Shown: positions 10,884 to 26,707, numbered from the stretch's first letter. The stretch is DNA of 30,562 bases from Eledone cirrhosa (GCA_964016885.1 CAXHJY010000829.1:1-30562), one strand, 5' to 3'. Translations and numbers: made by a program. Notes: generated by a model from the letters alone, not told the origin.

Positions 10884-11326
10884 AAATATATATATATCCA
10901 TTTCCATCTCACAGATCTCCATTTCCCTGTTGGTCATATATACCGAAAACTATTTATGGATAAGCACTGCCTCAACCCACGACACGATTACTTTGGCGAT
11001 TGTCCCCATGTGAAGAAATATATTTTAGATAAATGGCTTAGGCCTGGCTAACAATGTATCTTTTGGGTTACTGACTATATTGTATATCAGTGAAATGTTA
11101 TCCCTGGATACAACTAGAAGAAATTATTGTGCTTCTATTTCCAGTCTGAATCGACTGTGCTCTCTCAAGATTTACTTCCCATATATCTTAAGATATTTTT
11201 TTAAATAACCCCTTTTTTCTATACTTTTTCTGAATTACCTGCCTCTGCATGAACTGTTTTGTTATATCCCGAGAGGGAAAGCACAATCAACCATATGCGG
11301 GTATCGTTATTCCTTATTTTCCTCAT

Positions 11327-11378
11327 GATAGGCTAAAAAAATTGGGGCCCAGAACCCAACGAAACTTGAGTACCTGTT
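11327..11378 (+). ncRNA. Decayed type I hammerhead motif
   Basis: GATAGG-CT(A)7-TTGGG(gcccagaa)CCCAA-C-GAAA(11361-11364)-CTTGAG-TA-CCTGTT. Stems I and II pair, but the core G residues read as A. Confidence 0.55.
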
Positions 11379-11466
11379 TATGTCACTGTTGGAATTATTT
11401 ATAGCAAACTCCTCCTATGGTTTGCGTGTTCTTACCTTTGGGTATTCCAACTTAAGTTTTACTTCA

Positions 11467-11565
<99 letters not shown>

Positions 11566-11892
11566 GACTGAATAAAAAATGGCGTAGACATACAACACAA
11601 CAGGAGGAAAAAAAAAAATAAAAATAAAATAAAATATAACACCACTGACGATGTTGCAGATGTGCAACGATAGATTTATGTAAATTATGTAAACTATATA
11701 TGTGTGTTTGTGTCTATATTGTATCTGTATTATTTTTGACCGTCGGTCAGTCAATGGCAACATTGAGGACCGAGTAAGTTAGATCGCAGATATAAAAGAC
11801 AGCGAGAAGCGAAAACCAATCAAACAGTGAGTGTGTTCTGTTATTAATTCTGGCAATATTACGCAAATATGACCCTCCCCAAGTATAACAAC

Positions 11893-11962
<70 letters not shown>

Positions 11963-11987
11963 ATATTTGTATATATGTATATGTATA

Positions 11988-12520
11988 TCTCTCTCATCTA
12001 GGGCTGGTAAAATTCCCGAGATCCATGGACGGGTTCTCTCCAGCGGTCTCTGTCCCTCATTTACGCTGCCTTATCCTGCATCTCCAAGAGACAAGTGTCT
12101 GTCATTAGGGCATCAACATATGTTAACCTCAGTCTCCGTCTTCCAGTGTGTCTATGCAGGGGCTCCCACAGGAGCACTGAGTGCAGTGTCAATTCTGGAT
12201 GTCGGTGAGCATGTCCAGCTAACCTCAGTCTCCCACTTCCAGTGTGTCCATGCAGGGGCACCCACATGAGCACTGAGTGCAGTGTCAACTCTGGATGTCG
12301 GTGAGCATGTCCAGCTAACCCCAGTCTCCTGTTGGTTATTGTAGTGGAGTCTGTGCTGCTGTATGGGTCTGAGTCTTGGTCACTGACCAAGACTCAATCA
12401 GATGGTGGATGGGTGCTACACGAGAATGCTGAGGACGGCTCTCAACATTAATCAGTATACACTGAGGATGAAAAACTCTGAGCTGTATGGGAGCCTCCCA
12501 AAAGTCACCTCAAAAGTGAT
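11988..12520 (-). mobile_element. RTE-clade LINE 3' fragment with 5' inversion and internal 96-bp duplication
   Basis: Minus strand from 12330 reads RRLGLAGHAHRHPEL...LLWEP...TYVDAL..DT with a (GA)n tail. Plus strand 12331-12520 reads [41 protein letters not shown]. Confidence 0.88.
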
Positions 12521-12523
12521 ATG

Positions 12524-12597
<74 letters not shown>

Positions 12598-12599
<2 letters not shown>

Positions 12600-12789
12600 A
12601 CGAAGGAAATGTGGTAAGGAACCAGATGGACCATAACGCACCAAAGTACTCAATACTTAGGGTAGTAGAGTGGGTAATAGGAACGAGTAGGACCCCGACG
12701 GCTGAGCTCAAGCCGTTTCGAGGGCTAATTCTGGACTCAATTAGCCGTCGAAACGGCTTCAGCTCAGCCGTCGGGGTCCTACTCGTTGC

Positions 12790-12792
<3 letters not shown>
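12598..12792 (-). mobile_element. PLE-like family B remnant with fold-back
   Basis: Same arms as 7107-7229, with centre ggctaatt-ctggactc-aattagcc. The left arm extends ~80 bp further; flanked by (TA)n on both sides. Confidence 0.8.
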
Positions 12793-12860
<68 letters not shown>

Positions 12861-12932
12861 GTACATATATATGTGTATATATATATATATACAAACACAC
12901 GCACAGAAACACAATAACACACAGACACGGAA

Positions 12933-12999
<67 letters not shown>

Positions 13000-13159
13000 A
13001 AGATCGGAATTATATATATATATATATATATATATACACCCACACACATTATGGAATGATGGATTTTAATGGATAGGAGGCGTGTAACTAAAGAGAGCAG
13101 GATTAGGTGAAACTAATTGTTCTCGGAAATGGTGAATTAATTGTCGTGGGAGTACTTCA

Positions 13160-13238
13160 ATACATATATATATTTATATATATATGTATATATATGTATG
13201 TATATATATATGTATGTATGTATGTATGTATATATAGG

Positions 13239-13269
<31 letters not shown>

Positions 13270-13390
13270 ATGTATATATATATATATAAGGGCGGTGCCC
13301 CAGCATGGCGTTAGGAGGATGGCTGAAACAGGTAAAAGAGTAAAAGAGTACATAGATGTATGTATGTATATATATACATACATGTATATG

Positions 13391-13450
<60 letters not shown>

Positions 13451-13750
13451 AGTGTATGTAAATGTATATATATATGTATATATATGTATATATATAAATA
13501 TATGTATATGTATATATATGTGTATATATATATATGTATATATATATATAAATATGAGTATATATATATATATGTATATGTGTATATATATGTATATATA
13601 TGTGTATATAAATATATGTATATATATATATATGTATATATGTATAAATATGTATATATATATATATGTATATATATGTATATATGTATATATATATAAA
13701 TATGTATATATATAAATATGTATATATATATATATGTATATATATATCTG

Positions 13751-13781
<31 letters not shown>

Positions 13782-14008
13782 GTATATATATATATGTGTA
13801 TATATATATGTATATATATATGTATATATATATATATGTATAAATATATACATATATATATATATGTATAAATATATAGATATATATATCTATATATATA
13901 TGTATATGTTTATATATATATCTATATAAATATGTATATGTATATATATATATCTATAAATATTTATTTATATATATATATATGAATATGTATATATATA
14001 TATATATT

Positions 14009-14089
<81 letters not shown>

Positions 14090-14140
14090 ATGTATATAGA
14101 AACACGCACACACACACACATATATATATACATGCGTGTG
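13160..14140. repeat. (TA)n/(TATG)n compound microsatellite containing a SINE tail at 13288-13350
   Basis: Seen directly; aagggcggtgccccagcatggc...gtaaaagagtaaaagagta matches 6836-6891. Confidence 0.9.
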
Positions 14141-14331
14141 TATGTATAAAGAACCCCTGTATACATACAAATATGACTGAGTGTGCATATGTTGGTGTGT
14201 GTGTTTGTACAGGCCCACACAGTGACCCTGCACGCACTCACACACACACACACACACACATGTACAAATACCCGACACACACCCTGACACCCTTTTAAAC
14301 AGTCCCACTCAAATACTTACACACACACACA

Positions 14332-14618
14332 TAGAGAGAGAGAGAGTGAGAGAGAGAGTGAGAGGAGGGGAGGGGTGGAGAGGGGTAGAGAGTGTGAGAG
14401 AGAGAGGGGAGAGTTTGAGACGGGAGAGAGAGTCTGAGAGAGGGGAGAGTTTGAGACGGGAGAGAGAGTCTGAGAGAGGGGGAGTGTGAGAGGGGGTGTG
14501 AGAGGGGAGAGTGTGTGAGAGAGAGAATGAGAGATAAGAGGGGGATCTGAGAGGAGAGGGGGAGAGAGTGTGAGAGATAGATAGAGAGAAAGGGGAGAAG
14601 GGAGGGAGAGCGATACAG

Positions 14619-14664
<46 letters not shown>

Positions 14665-14718
14665 CTACAGATCCAGACAGAGAGACAAAGAGAGACAGAG
14701 ACAGGTAAAGAGAAAGTG

Positions 14719-14762
<44 letters not shown>

Positions 14763-15192
14763 TGAGAGAGAAAGAGAGAGAGAATGAGAGAGAAAGAGAG
14801 AGAATGCGAGAGAAAGAGAGAGAATGAGACAGAATGAGAGAGAAAGAGAGAGAGAGAGTGAGGGCGAAAGAGAGATAGAGTGAGAGAGAGAGAGAGTGAG
14901 AGTCAGAGAGAGAAAGAGAGTGAGAGAGACAGTCAAAGAGAGAGAGAAAGAGTGAGAGAGAGCCAGAGAGAGAGAGAGAGAAAGAGTGAGAGAGACAGTC
15001 AAATAGAGAGAGAGAGAAAGAGAATGAGAGAGACAGTCAAAAAGAGAGAGAGAGAGAAAGAGTGAGAGAGACAGTCAGAGAGAGAAAGAGTGAGAGACAA
15101 GCTGAGAGACAGTGAGAGAGAGAGACAGAGAAATAAAGAGAGAGAAATAGAGAGAGAGAAAAATAGAGAGAGAGAGACACAGAGAGAGAGAG
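14332..15192. repeat. Long degenerate (GA)n tract
   Basis: Seen directly. Confidence 0.95.
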
Positions 15193-15459
15193 AAGCCTGG
15201 ATTGCTGGAATGACAGAATGTCGGAATATAGAGTGGAATAACGGTGGTAGTTTCCTGGACATAAAAAGGCAATCCTAGCAGGTTTGAGCTTCAGAAAGCG
15301 ATCCAAAACCCCATCGTGTGCAGGAAACAACAACGTACAAACCCGCCGCTTACCAACATAACTATTATTACTACACATTACTAACTATTAACTCTTCCAA
15401 CTATTACTATTAGACTTATACCTGAAGGCCATATATACCAATATATACCACATAGTACA

Positions 15460-15929
15460 GTGTTACTATTACTACTGCTGCTGCTGTTACTATTACTGCT
15501 GCTGATTAACTGTTTTTTTTCTTCTTTGTTTCTGTTTTTTTGGCTGTTTTTTTCAGCTGTTTTTTGTTTTTTTCACCACATTTCTCCCGACGAATTTTTC
15601 TTAACATCGTTTAATCGCAGCAGTCCTCTTCTTCTTCTTCTTCTTCTTCTTCTTCTTCTTTCTTTCTGTCTCTTCTTCTTCCTCTCTTTTCTTCTTTTCT
15701 TTCTTCTGTCTTCTTTCTTTCTTTCTTCTTCTCTTCTCTTTTTCTTGTTTTCTTCCTCGGCCTCTCACCCCCCACCCCACTCCTTCTCTATCACTATCGT
15801 CTTCACCACCAACACCATCTTCAGCAACACCACGACCACCACCAGCACCACCACCACCACCACCAACAACAACATTAACAATAACTACAACACCAACAAC
15901 ACTACCACCAAAAACAACACTACTATCAC

Positions 15930-15965
<36 letters not shown>

Positions 15966-16403
15966 CACCACCACCACCACCACCACCACCACCACCTACC
16001 ACCACCACCACCACCACCACCACCACCACCACCACCACCACCACCACCACTACCATCTCTACTATTACCACTACCACTACTTCTACTACTACCACTACTA
16101 CTATTACTAATACCACCACTACTACTACAACTACTACCTCTACCACCTCTACCACTACTACTACCGCCACTACCACTACTACTATTACTAATAACACCAC
16201 TACTACTACCTCCACTACCACTACTACTACCGCCACTACTACTACCACTACTACTATTACTACTACCACCACCACTACTACAACTTCTACTACTACCACC
16301 ACTGCCACTACTTCTACTACTACCACTACTACTAATACCACCACCACTACTACAACTTCTACTACTACCACCACTGCCACTACTATTACCAATACTTCTA
16401 CTA

Positions 16404-16443
<40 letters not shown>

Positions 16444-16448
16444 CACTA

Positions 16449-16492
<44 letters not shown>

Positions 16493-16564
16493 GCTACATC
16501 ACTGCATCTTTTTCCACTACTTTGGTTACCACGGAAACCGTTTTACACTTACGGCTACACTAAA

Positions 16565-16628
<64 letters not shown>

Positions 16629-16630
16629 TT
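15460..16630. repeat. Compound triplet repeats (CTT, ACC, ACT, AGT)
   Basis: Seen directly. Confidence 0.9.
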
Positions 16631-16964
16631 AAACACACACAAACATACACCTACACTACCTCCCCCACTATATACAACTCCCCTCCTCTCACACACACAC
16701 ACACCTCGCCCATGCCGGCCTACACTGTGCAGACAGACAATCCAACCGTGATCATACAATCGAACCGAGTTGCTTCCCTATGCGTTTCCTAGTCACTAGA
16801 CATAAGTGTCTAAGTGTACCACGGACAACATTACCACAAAGTGCTGCCTTCATTCTCTCCGTATTTTCAAAGAGTTTAATGAATGGGGTTGTGTGATTCT
16901 TTAACTACTGGCTGCTATTTCTAGCATCTTGACAGACTGTCTAGTGGCTCCCCCTTTATTTTTT

Positions 16965-17808
16965 TAATTTGTTATTGCTGTTGTTGTTGTGTATTGCTGT
17001 TGTTGTTGTTATTGTTATTAAGTATTATTGTAGCTGTTGTTAGTGTTGTTACTGTTGTTATTATTGTTAATATAGTTGTGTTGTTGTTGTTACAGTTGTT
17101 GTTGTTGTTGTTATCGTTACAGTTGTTATTGTCGTTGTTATTATTGACATAGTTATTATAGTTGATATATTTGTTGTTGTTACGTTTGTTATCGTTCCTC
17201 TTATTGTTACGTTTGTTGTTGTTACTCTTATTGTTGTTGTTACTCTTATTGGTGCTGTTGTTACGTTTGTTGTTGTTCTTACGTTTGTTATTGTTACTCT
17301 TATTGTTACGTGTGTTGTTGTTGTTACGTTTGTTATTGTTACGTTTGTTGTTGTTGTTACGTTTGTTGTTGTTACATTTGTTGTTGTTACGTTTGTTATT
17401 GTTACGTTTGTTGTTGTTGTTACGTTTGTTGTTGTTACGTTTGTTATTGTTACTCTTATTGTTGTTACGTTTGTTATTGTTATTACGTGTGTTATTGTTA
17501 CTCTTATTGTTGTTACGTTTGTTATTGTTACTCTTATTGGTGCTGTTGTTACGTTTGTTATTGTTATTACGTTTGTTATTGTTGTTACGTTTGTTATTGT
17601 TGTTGTTATTACAATACTGCTATTATCTTTATTGTTGTTCTTGTTAATATCATTCGATATTATTTGTTGTTGTTATGGTTGTTTGATACTATTTATTGTT
17701 ACAAAGATTATCATTATTACTTGTTATTGTAGTTGTTGTTGTTGTTGTTGTCACTAAAAGTCACATTCTAAGTTTTAGTTTTCAAACATACTACTACTAC
17801 TGCTGCTG

Positions 17809-17840
<32 letters not shown>

Positions 17841-17929
17841 GCTGCTGCTACTACTACTACTACTACTGCTACTACTGCTACTACTACTACTACTACTACT
17901 ACTGCTACTACTGCTACTACTACTACTTC

Positions 17930-17960
<31 letters not shown>

Positions 17961-18200
17961 GTAAATAAGGTTATTGTTATTTGTGTTGTTATTGCTGTTG
18001 TTATTGCTGTTATTGTTGTTGTTATTGTTGCTGCTGTTACTGTCATTATTATTATTTTTGTTATTATCACTGATATTGGTGTTGTTGTTGTTGTTGTTGT
18101 TATCCCCGTTACTGTTGTAGTTATTCATCATCATCATCATCAATATCATCATCATCATCATCAAAATCATCATCATCATCATCATCATCATCGTCGCCAT
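16965..18200. repeat. (GTT)n-derived minisatellite (ttacgtttgttgttg) plus ACT, AAT and ATC triplets
   Basis: Seen directly. Confidence 0.9.
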
Positions 18201-18429
18201 CATCGTAATTGTTCTGTTCAGCACACACCTTCCCCATACTTTGCAGACCTCACTACGCCGACCTCACCTCCCACGCCGCTGCCTCCCCGGTTCCTGTTAA
18301 ACGCGGCATGAACGCCACAAACTCACTTGTTCCATCACTATCATCATCATCATCATCATAATCATCATCATCCGCTTAGTTTGCCTTGTAACATTAACCG
18401 ACCGCCCGACCACACCCTTGTTGAACCCT

Positions 18430-19691
18430 TACCACCACCACCACCACCACCACCTCCGCCAACACCATCACCGTCGTCGATACCGTCCCTAGCACATCGA
18501 CCACCACCACCACCGCCACAAACACAACCGCCTCCACCACCACCACCACCCTCGCCATCATCATAACCGCCACCTCCATCATCATCACCACCACCCACCC
18601 ACTCCACCAACACCACCACCACCGCCGCCCTCAGCATCATCATCATCATCATCACCACCAACTCCACCACTAGCACCACCACCACCACCGCAAACACCCT
18701 CACAAACTAACAGCACCAACGACACCGACACCAACAGCAACGACAATAACACCGCCACCACCAACAGCACCACCACCACCACATTCAAAACCACCACCAA
18801 CGACACCACCACCACCACCACCAATAACAGCACCACCAACAGCACCACCACCACCACCACTATCAAAACCACCACCACCAACAGCACCACCACCACCACC
18901 ATCAAAACCACCACCAACGACAACACCACCACCACCACCACCAATAACAGCACCACCAACAGCACCACCACCACCACTATCAAAACCACCACCAACGACA
19001 CCACCACCACCACCACCACCACAACTATCAAAACCACCACCAACGCCACCAATAACAGCACCACCAACGACAGCACCACCACCATCAAAACCACCACCAA
19101 CGCCACCAATAACAGCACCACCAACGACAGCACCACCACCATCAAAACCACCACCAACGACACCACCACCACCACCACCACCACCACCAATAACAGCACC
19201 ACCAACGACAGCACCACCACCACCACCGCCACCATCAAAACCACCACCAACGACACCACCACCACCACCACCAATAACAGCACCACAACCACCACCACCG
19301 CCATCAAAATCACCACCAACGACACCACCACCACCACCACCAATAACAGCACCACCACCACCACTATCAAAACCACCACCAACGACACCACCACCACCAA
19401 TAACAGCACCACCAACGACACCACCACCAGCACCAATAACAGCACCACCAACACCACCACCACCACCACTATCAAAACCACCACCAACGACACCACCACC
19501 ACCAATAACAGCACCACCAACAACACCAGCACCAATAACAGCACCACCACCACCACCACCAACAACAACAGCACCACCAACGACACCAGCACCAATAACA
19601 GCACCACCACCACCAACGACAGCACCACCACCACCAACGACAGCACCACCACCACCGCCATCAAAACCACCACCACCGCCAACACCAACAA
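18430..19691. repeat. (ACC)n-based higher-order triplet minisatellite
   Basis: Modules aataacagc, aacgac and atcaaa recur between ACC runs. Confidence 0.9.
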
Positions 19692-20029
19692 CGCTTTGCG
19701 TCTAATTAACAGGCTTTAACAGCCGCCCTCCACACAAAATCATTTGCTGCTGGCCTTGCGCCTAAACTAGAAGCAATCACTAATAATTACTACTTACTAA
19801 TTATTAGTATTATTACTATAATTATTCGTATTTCTTTAACAGTTTCCTGCAAATCTACAACTTCAACAGGTGCACGGCACTGTTTACGTGTGTGCAGTGT
19901 TGTCAGACCGTGTATCTGTGTGCGCGTTGCTGCTTACACGACTTTCGCCACACATCAAAATTGCTGGCCCCTTGTGCTTAAATAAGAAACCATCATTGTA
20001 ATATAATTATCATTTACTACATATATATA

Positions 20030-20201
20030 TAGTGAGTTTTGGGTCCGGAGTTGGTTTATTAGTCCGGCAGGTGCCCGCTTGTATCGCAACTAACCATCAT
20101 AACTGGTGGCCGTATCGCTATCCACAACATACGACCACCCCCGTTCTCTAGCAAAACAGCTCCCCCCCTCTCTCTCTCTCTCATACACACAAACACACAC
20201 G

Positions 20202-20245
<44 letters not shown>

Positions 20246-20415
20246 GTAAGTTTTTGGTCCTGAGCTGGTTTATTAGTCCGGCAGGTGCCCGCTTGTATCG
20301 CAACGATCCATCATAACTGGTGGCCGTATCGCTATCCACAACATACGACCACCCCCGTTCTCTAGCAAAACAGCTCCCCGCTCTCTCTCTCTCTCTCTCT
20401 CATACACACAAACAC

Positions 20416-20462
<47 letters not shown>

Positions 20463-20660
20463 GTAAGTTTTTGGTCCGGAGTTGGTTTATTAGTCCGGCA
20501 GGTGTCCGGTTGTATCGCAACTAACCATCATAACTGGTGGCCGTATCGCTATCCACAACATACGACCACCCCCGTTCTCTAGCAGAACAGCTCCCCACCC
20601 ACCTACCTACCTATCTCTCTCTCTCTCATACACACACACACACATATATATATATATATC
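20030..20660. repeat. Three tandem copies of a ~215-bp unit (~135-bp complex core plus CT/CA/TA tracts)
   Basis: Units start at 20030, 20244 and 20461; cores are nearly identical. Confidence 0.95.
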
Positions 20661-20943
20661 TGTTGAACAGCATTGAAATAATTCTTTTCGAAATTTTCAT
20701 TACAAAAGAGAAGTTCTTTAAACGCCACCCGGCCACCCAACCATTCAAATACGCAAACAGCCAACCATCCCACCAACCACATACGTAGACGGCGGTCACC
20801 CTAAGCCACGATCTTCCCATAGGCGACTAGCCCGCCATTAATTATACATACAAAACGTACACACACAAACACACGCATATATCTATATCTATATATCTAT
20901 ACGTACACACACACAAACACACTCTTTGAATATATACATACAT

Positions 20944-21051
<108 letters not shown>

Positions 21052-21414
21052 ACAGTCACCCTACACACACATACACACAGTCACACACACAAACACGGCC
21101 ACCCCATTTAGAGCTTATAAAACAAGGGTTCATTTGGTACGACTGTCCGGGGGGCCCAGAGAGCCAGGCCGGCCCTCCCCACCGGTAAAATAACCTCTCA
21201 GCACCCACGACCCACTCAGCAACAGCATATACCGCCACAAACCCCAGACACCCTTGAATTTTGAGGAGAACCTTCCTCGCCCTCGCACGCACCCCGGGGC
21301 TGTGAAGCAGTGTTGTTCCGCCTTGTAAAATTTCTCACGGAAACCCTACACATACATACATACATACATACATACATACATACATACATACATACATACA
21401 TACATACATCGACA

Positions 21415-21900
21415 CACTCACACATAGTAACATATACACACACTCAATTATATATATATATATACATATATTATATAAATATATATATATATATATACAC
21501 ACACATACCTACATACATACATACACACACTCATATATATATATATATATATATATATCCGCGCACACACACACATAGTAACACATACACACACTCAATT
21601 ATATATATATATATATATACATATATTATATAAATATATATATATACACACACATACCTACATACATACACACACTCATATATATATATATATATATATA
21701 TATCCGCGCACACACACACATAGTAACACATACACACACTCAATTATATATATATATATATATATACATATATTATATAAATATATATATATATATATAT
21801 ACACATACCTACATACATACACACACTCATATATATATATATCCACACACACACACATAGTAACACATACACACACTCATATATATACACACACACACAT
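21415..21900. repeat. ~140-150-bp tandem repeat built from microsatellites, about 3.5 copies
   Basis: The markers cacatagtaac, cactcaatt, catacctac and tccgcgcac recur in order. Confidence 0.85.
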
Positions 21901-22204
21901 AAAAACACATACACTACCATCATCACCATCATCACAATAACCAGAACTATCAACATAACTAAAATCACCACCACCATCACCATCACTGTCACCACCACCA
22001 CCATCAACAACATCACCACCACCACCACCACCACCACCAACACCACCACCACCACCATCATTACTTTTATCATTTAACAGCAATCGTTATTGGTATTGTT
22101 GCTGTTGTTGTTCGTGTTCTCGCTGTTGCTGTTATTGTTTTATTAGTGTTGTTGTTGTTGTTGTTGTTGCCACATTCCTACACCACCGTAAGCCGAAACA
22201 ACCA

Positions 22205-22237
22205 GACTGACAGACATACACACATATATACATACAG

Positions 22238-22292
<55 letters not shown>

Positions 22293-22319
22293 CATACACA
22301 CGTATATACATACATACAG

Positions 22320-22394
<75 letters not shown>

Positions 22395-23262
22395 CATATA
22401 TACAGGCAGACATACATATATATATATATACAGACATATATCTATATATACACACGTATATACATACATATATACTGACATATATACATATATACAGACA
22501 GACATATATACATACATACATATATATATATATACAGACATATATACATACATACATACATATATATATACAGACATATATACAAACATACATACAGACA
22601 GACATATATACATACATACATACAGGCAGACATACATATATACAGTCATACATATATACATACATACATACAGGCAGACATACATATATACAGTCATACA
22701 TATACACAGACATATATATATATACAGTCATACATATATACAGACATATATATATACGGACATATATACATACATACAGACATACATATATACATACATA
22801 CAGACATACAGATATATATATACATACATACATACAGGCAGACATACATATCTACATACATACATATATATATACATACATATATATATATACAGACATA
22901 CATACATACAGGCAGACATACATACATACATACATATATACATATATACATACATACAGACCGACATACATACATACATACATACATACAGACAGACATA
23001 CATACATATATACACACGTATATACATACAGACATACATATATACATACATATATACAGAGAGACAGACATATATACATACATACATACATACGTACATA
23101 TATACATACAGGTCGACATACATACATACATACATATATACAGACAGACATACATATATACAGACATACATACATATATACACACGTATATACATACAGA
23201 CATACATATATACATACATATATACATACATACGTACATATATACATACAGGTCGACATACA

Positions 23263-23298
<36 letters not shown>

Positions 23299-24515
23299 TA
23301 CAGACACATACATACAGGCCGACATACATACATATAGGCATACATATAAACATACATACATACATACATACATACATACATACATACATACACACAGGCC
23401 GACATATATACATACATACATACATACATACATACATACATACACACAGGCCGACATATATACATACATACATACATACATACATACATACATACATACA
23501 TACATACATACATACATACATACAGGCTGACATACATACACACAGGCCGACATACATACACACAGGGCGACATACATATATACATACATACATACATACA
23601 TATACATACATACATATATATATATATATACATACAGGTCGACATACATACATATACACATACAGGCCGACATACACACATACACACATACATACAGACA
23701 TACAGACACATAGACACAGAGCGACATACATATATACATACACACATACAGGCCGACATACATACATACATACATACACAGACACATACAGGCCGACATA
23801 CATACATACACACATACATACAGACATACAGACACATACATACATACACACAGGCCGACATACATATATACATACACACATACATACATACATACAGACA
23901 GACATACAGACATACAGGCCGACATACATATATACATACACACATACATACAGGCCGAAATACATACCTACATACATACATACACATACATACATACATA
24001 CACACACAGGCCGACATACATATATACATACACACACACATACATACATACAGACAGACATACAGACATACAGGCCGACATACATATATACATACACACA
24101 TACATACAGGCCGAAATACATACATACATACATACCTACATACATACATACACATACATACATACATACACACACACAGGCCGACATACATATATACATA
24201 CACACATACATACAGACAGACATACAGACATACATACATACAGACAGATTGATAGACAGGCAGACCGACAGGCCGGCAGACAGAAAGCCATACCGGCTGA
24301 CTGACTGACAAGGAAGCAGACGAGCACCACACATAATAAAAACATTCTCACCACATAACCCCCACCCAACCAATATCTCAACCACACACCCCCACCACCA
24401 CCATACACACTACAGACCGCCCTCTTACAAACACACACACACACACAAACAAACAACCGCTCCACCCCGAAATAAATAGACATACACACCACCACTACGC
24501 TTCGAGCACACACAC

Positions 24516-24573
<58 letters not shown>

Positions 24574-25085
24574 ACATACACACACACACACACACATACA
24601 TACGGAGACACACACAGACAAACACATACATACGTACATATATGCTTACAAACATACATACGTACTTACACACTAACAAACATATATATACATAAGTACA
24701 TACATACATACATAATTACGAACAAATACATAGACAGATAGACACATACATACATACTTACGAACAAATACATAGATACATACATACATACATACATACG
24801 TACGTACATACATATATACATAATTACGAACAAATACATAGATATATAGATACATACATACATACATACATACATACATACATACGTACGTACATACATA
24901 CATACATACATACATACTTACGAACAAATACATAGATAGATACATACATACATATATACATACATACATACATACATACAAACAAATACATACATACATA
25001 TATACACACACACAGACACATTCACACATATATACATATATACATACACACACACAGACACATTCACACATAGATACATAGATAC

Positions 25086-25120
<35 letters not shown>

Positions 25121-25125
25121 CACAG
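22205..25125. repeat. Long (CATA)n/(CAGA)n-derived compound satellite
   Basis: Seen directly; variant words include caggcagaca, caggtcgaca, caggccgaca and ttacgaacaa. Confidence 0.92.
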
Positions 25126-25386
25126 GCACACTTCTTCAGAAAGTTTGCTGGCCACGCCAACCATACCAACCACCAAACCCGCCACCAAGCTATACCAGGC
25201 TGCCGGCAACCAGCCAAACGCCCAACCAGCCAGCCTGCCGAAGAGGTTTTCAGTTTTGGGAAGGCAAGCGATTCCGTCGGACGAAGGTCCGCTCGGTTAA
25301 TCGGCCTTTAGCTGGCTACCACAGCCTCCCAATCAAACCAAACATACATACATCCCGCATGCATACATACATGTAAAACATTATAT

Positions 25387-25448
<62 letters not shown>

Positions 25449-25543
25449 ATCATATATACAACATATACTCATATACTCAACATATACTCATACATAACTA
25501 CCTCTCTATATATCTGTCTATAAAGAAATATATCTATCTGTCT

Positions 25544-25599
<56 letters not shown>

Positions 25600-25645
25600 C
25601 ATATAAATATAAATATATATATATACATCCATACATATAAATAAA

Positions 25646-25714
<69 letters not shown>

Positions 25715-25790
25715 CATACATTTATGTATACTAATTAAAATGTAAACACGAAATAGACACGATCGCATTCACGAACATCAATCTCTCTCT

Positions 25791-25841
<51 letters not shown>

Positions 25842-26020
25842 TATATATATATACACACACATATATATATATACAAATATACATATATATATATATATAT
25901 GTACATACATACACGTATTACATATAAAAGCTATCACCACCCTCCCTAGATTTATTTCGCTATCTATAAATCTCTCAATCTTTCTTCATCTAAAGCTCAA
26001 CTCGTCACCCTTTCTACTGA

Positions 26021-26062
<42 letters not shown>

Positions 26063-26203
26063 TTACATGTGTGTATATGGTGTATATATATATACAAACT
26101 TTGCACATTTTTCTTTTTACCACCTGACAATCCGGACATCAATACAATATATCTTCATTTGAGGTGAGTTAACAAGTTTCTATTTCTTTCTGTTCTACAC
26201 GTT

Positions 26204-26239
<36 letters not shown>

Positions 26240-26254
26240 ATACACACATATATA

Positions 26255-26318
<64 letters not shown>

Positions 26319-26344
26319 TATATGCATATTTATATATATATATG

Positions 26345-26409
<65 letters not shown>

Positions 26410-26526
26410 GATATTAAATAAATGGAAACTATATTTATTATATCAGTTATAAATATTTACTCGTTGTAACCCAACAATTTAAATAAAACTTTGCATATAT
26501 ATATATATATGTATACATACATATTT

Positions 26527-26583
<57 letters not shown>

Positions 26584-26640
26584 CGCATACGTAGATAAAT
26601 AGATACAAGGATATGCATATATATATATATATACATATGC

Positions 26641-26707
<67 letters not shown>

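Noticed and set aside
18710-19720. Mucin-like Thr-rich exon with N-x-S/T sequons
   Set aside because: The open frame is expected from ACC-based triplets, and no convincing splice boundaries were found.
21111-21310. Tyrosine-phosphatase-like motifs (AYKTRVHL, AYTAT)
   Set aside because: They lie in different frames with stops and are too short to support a family call.
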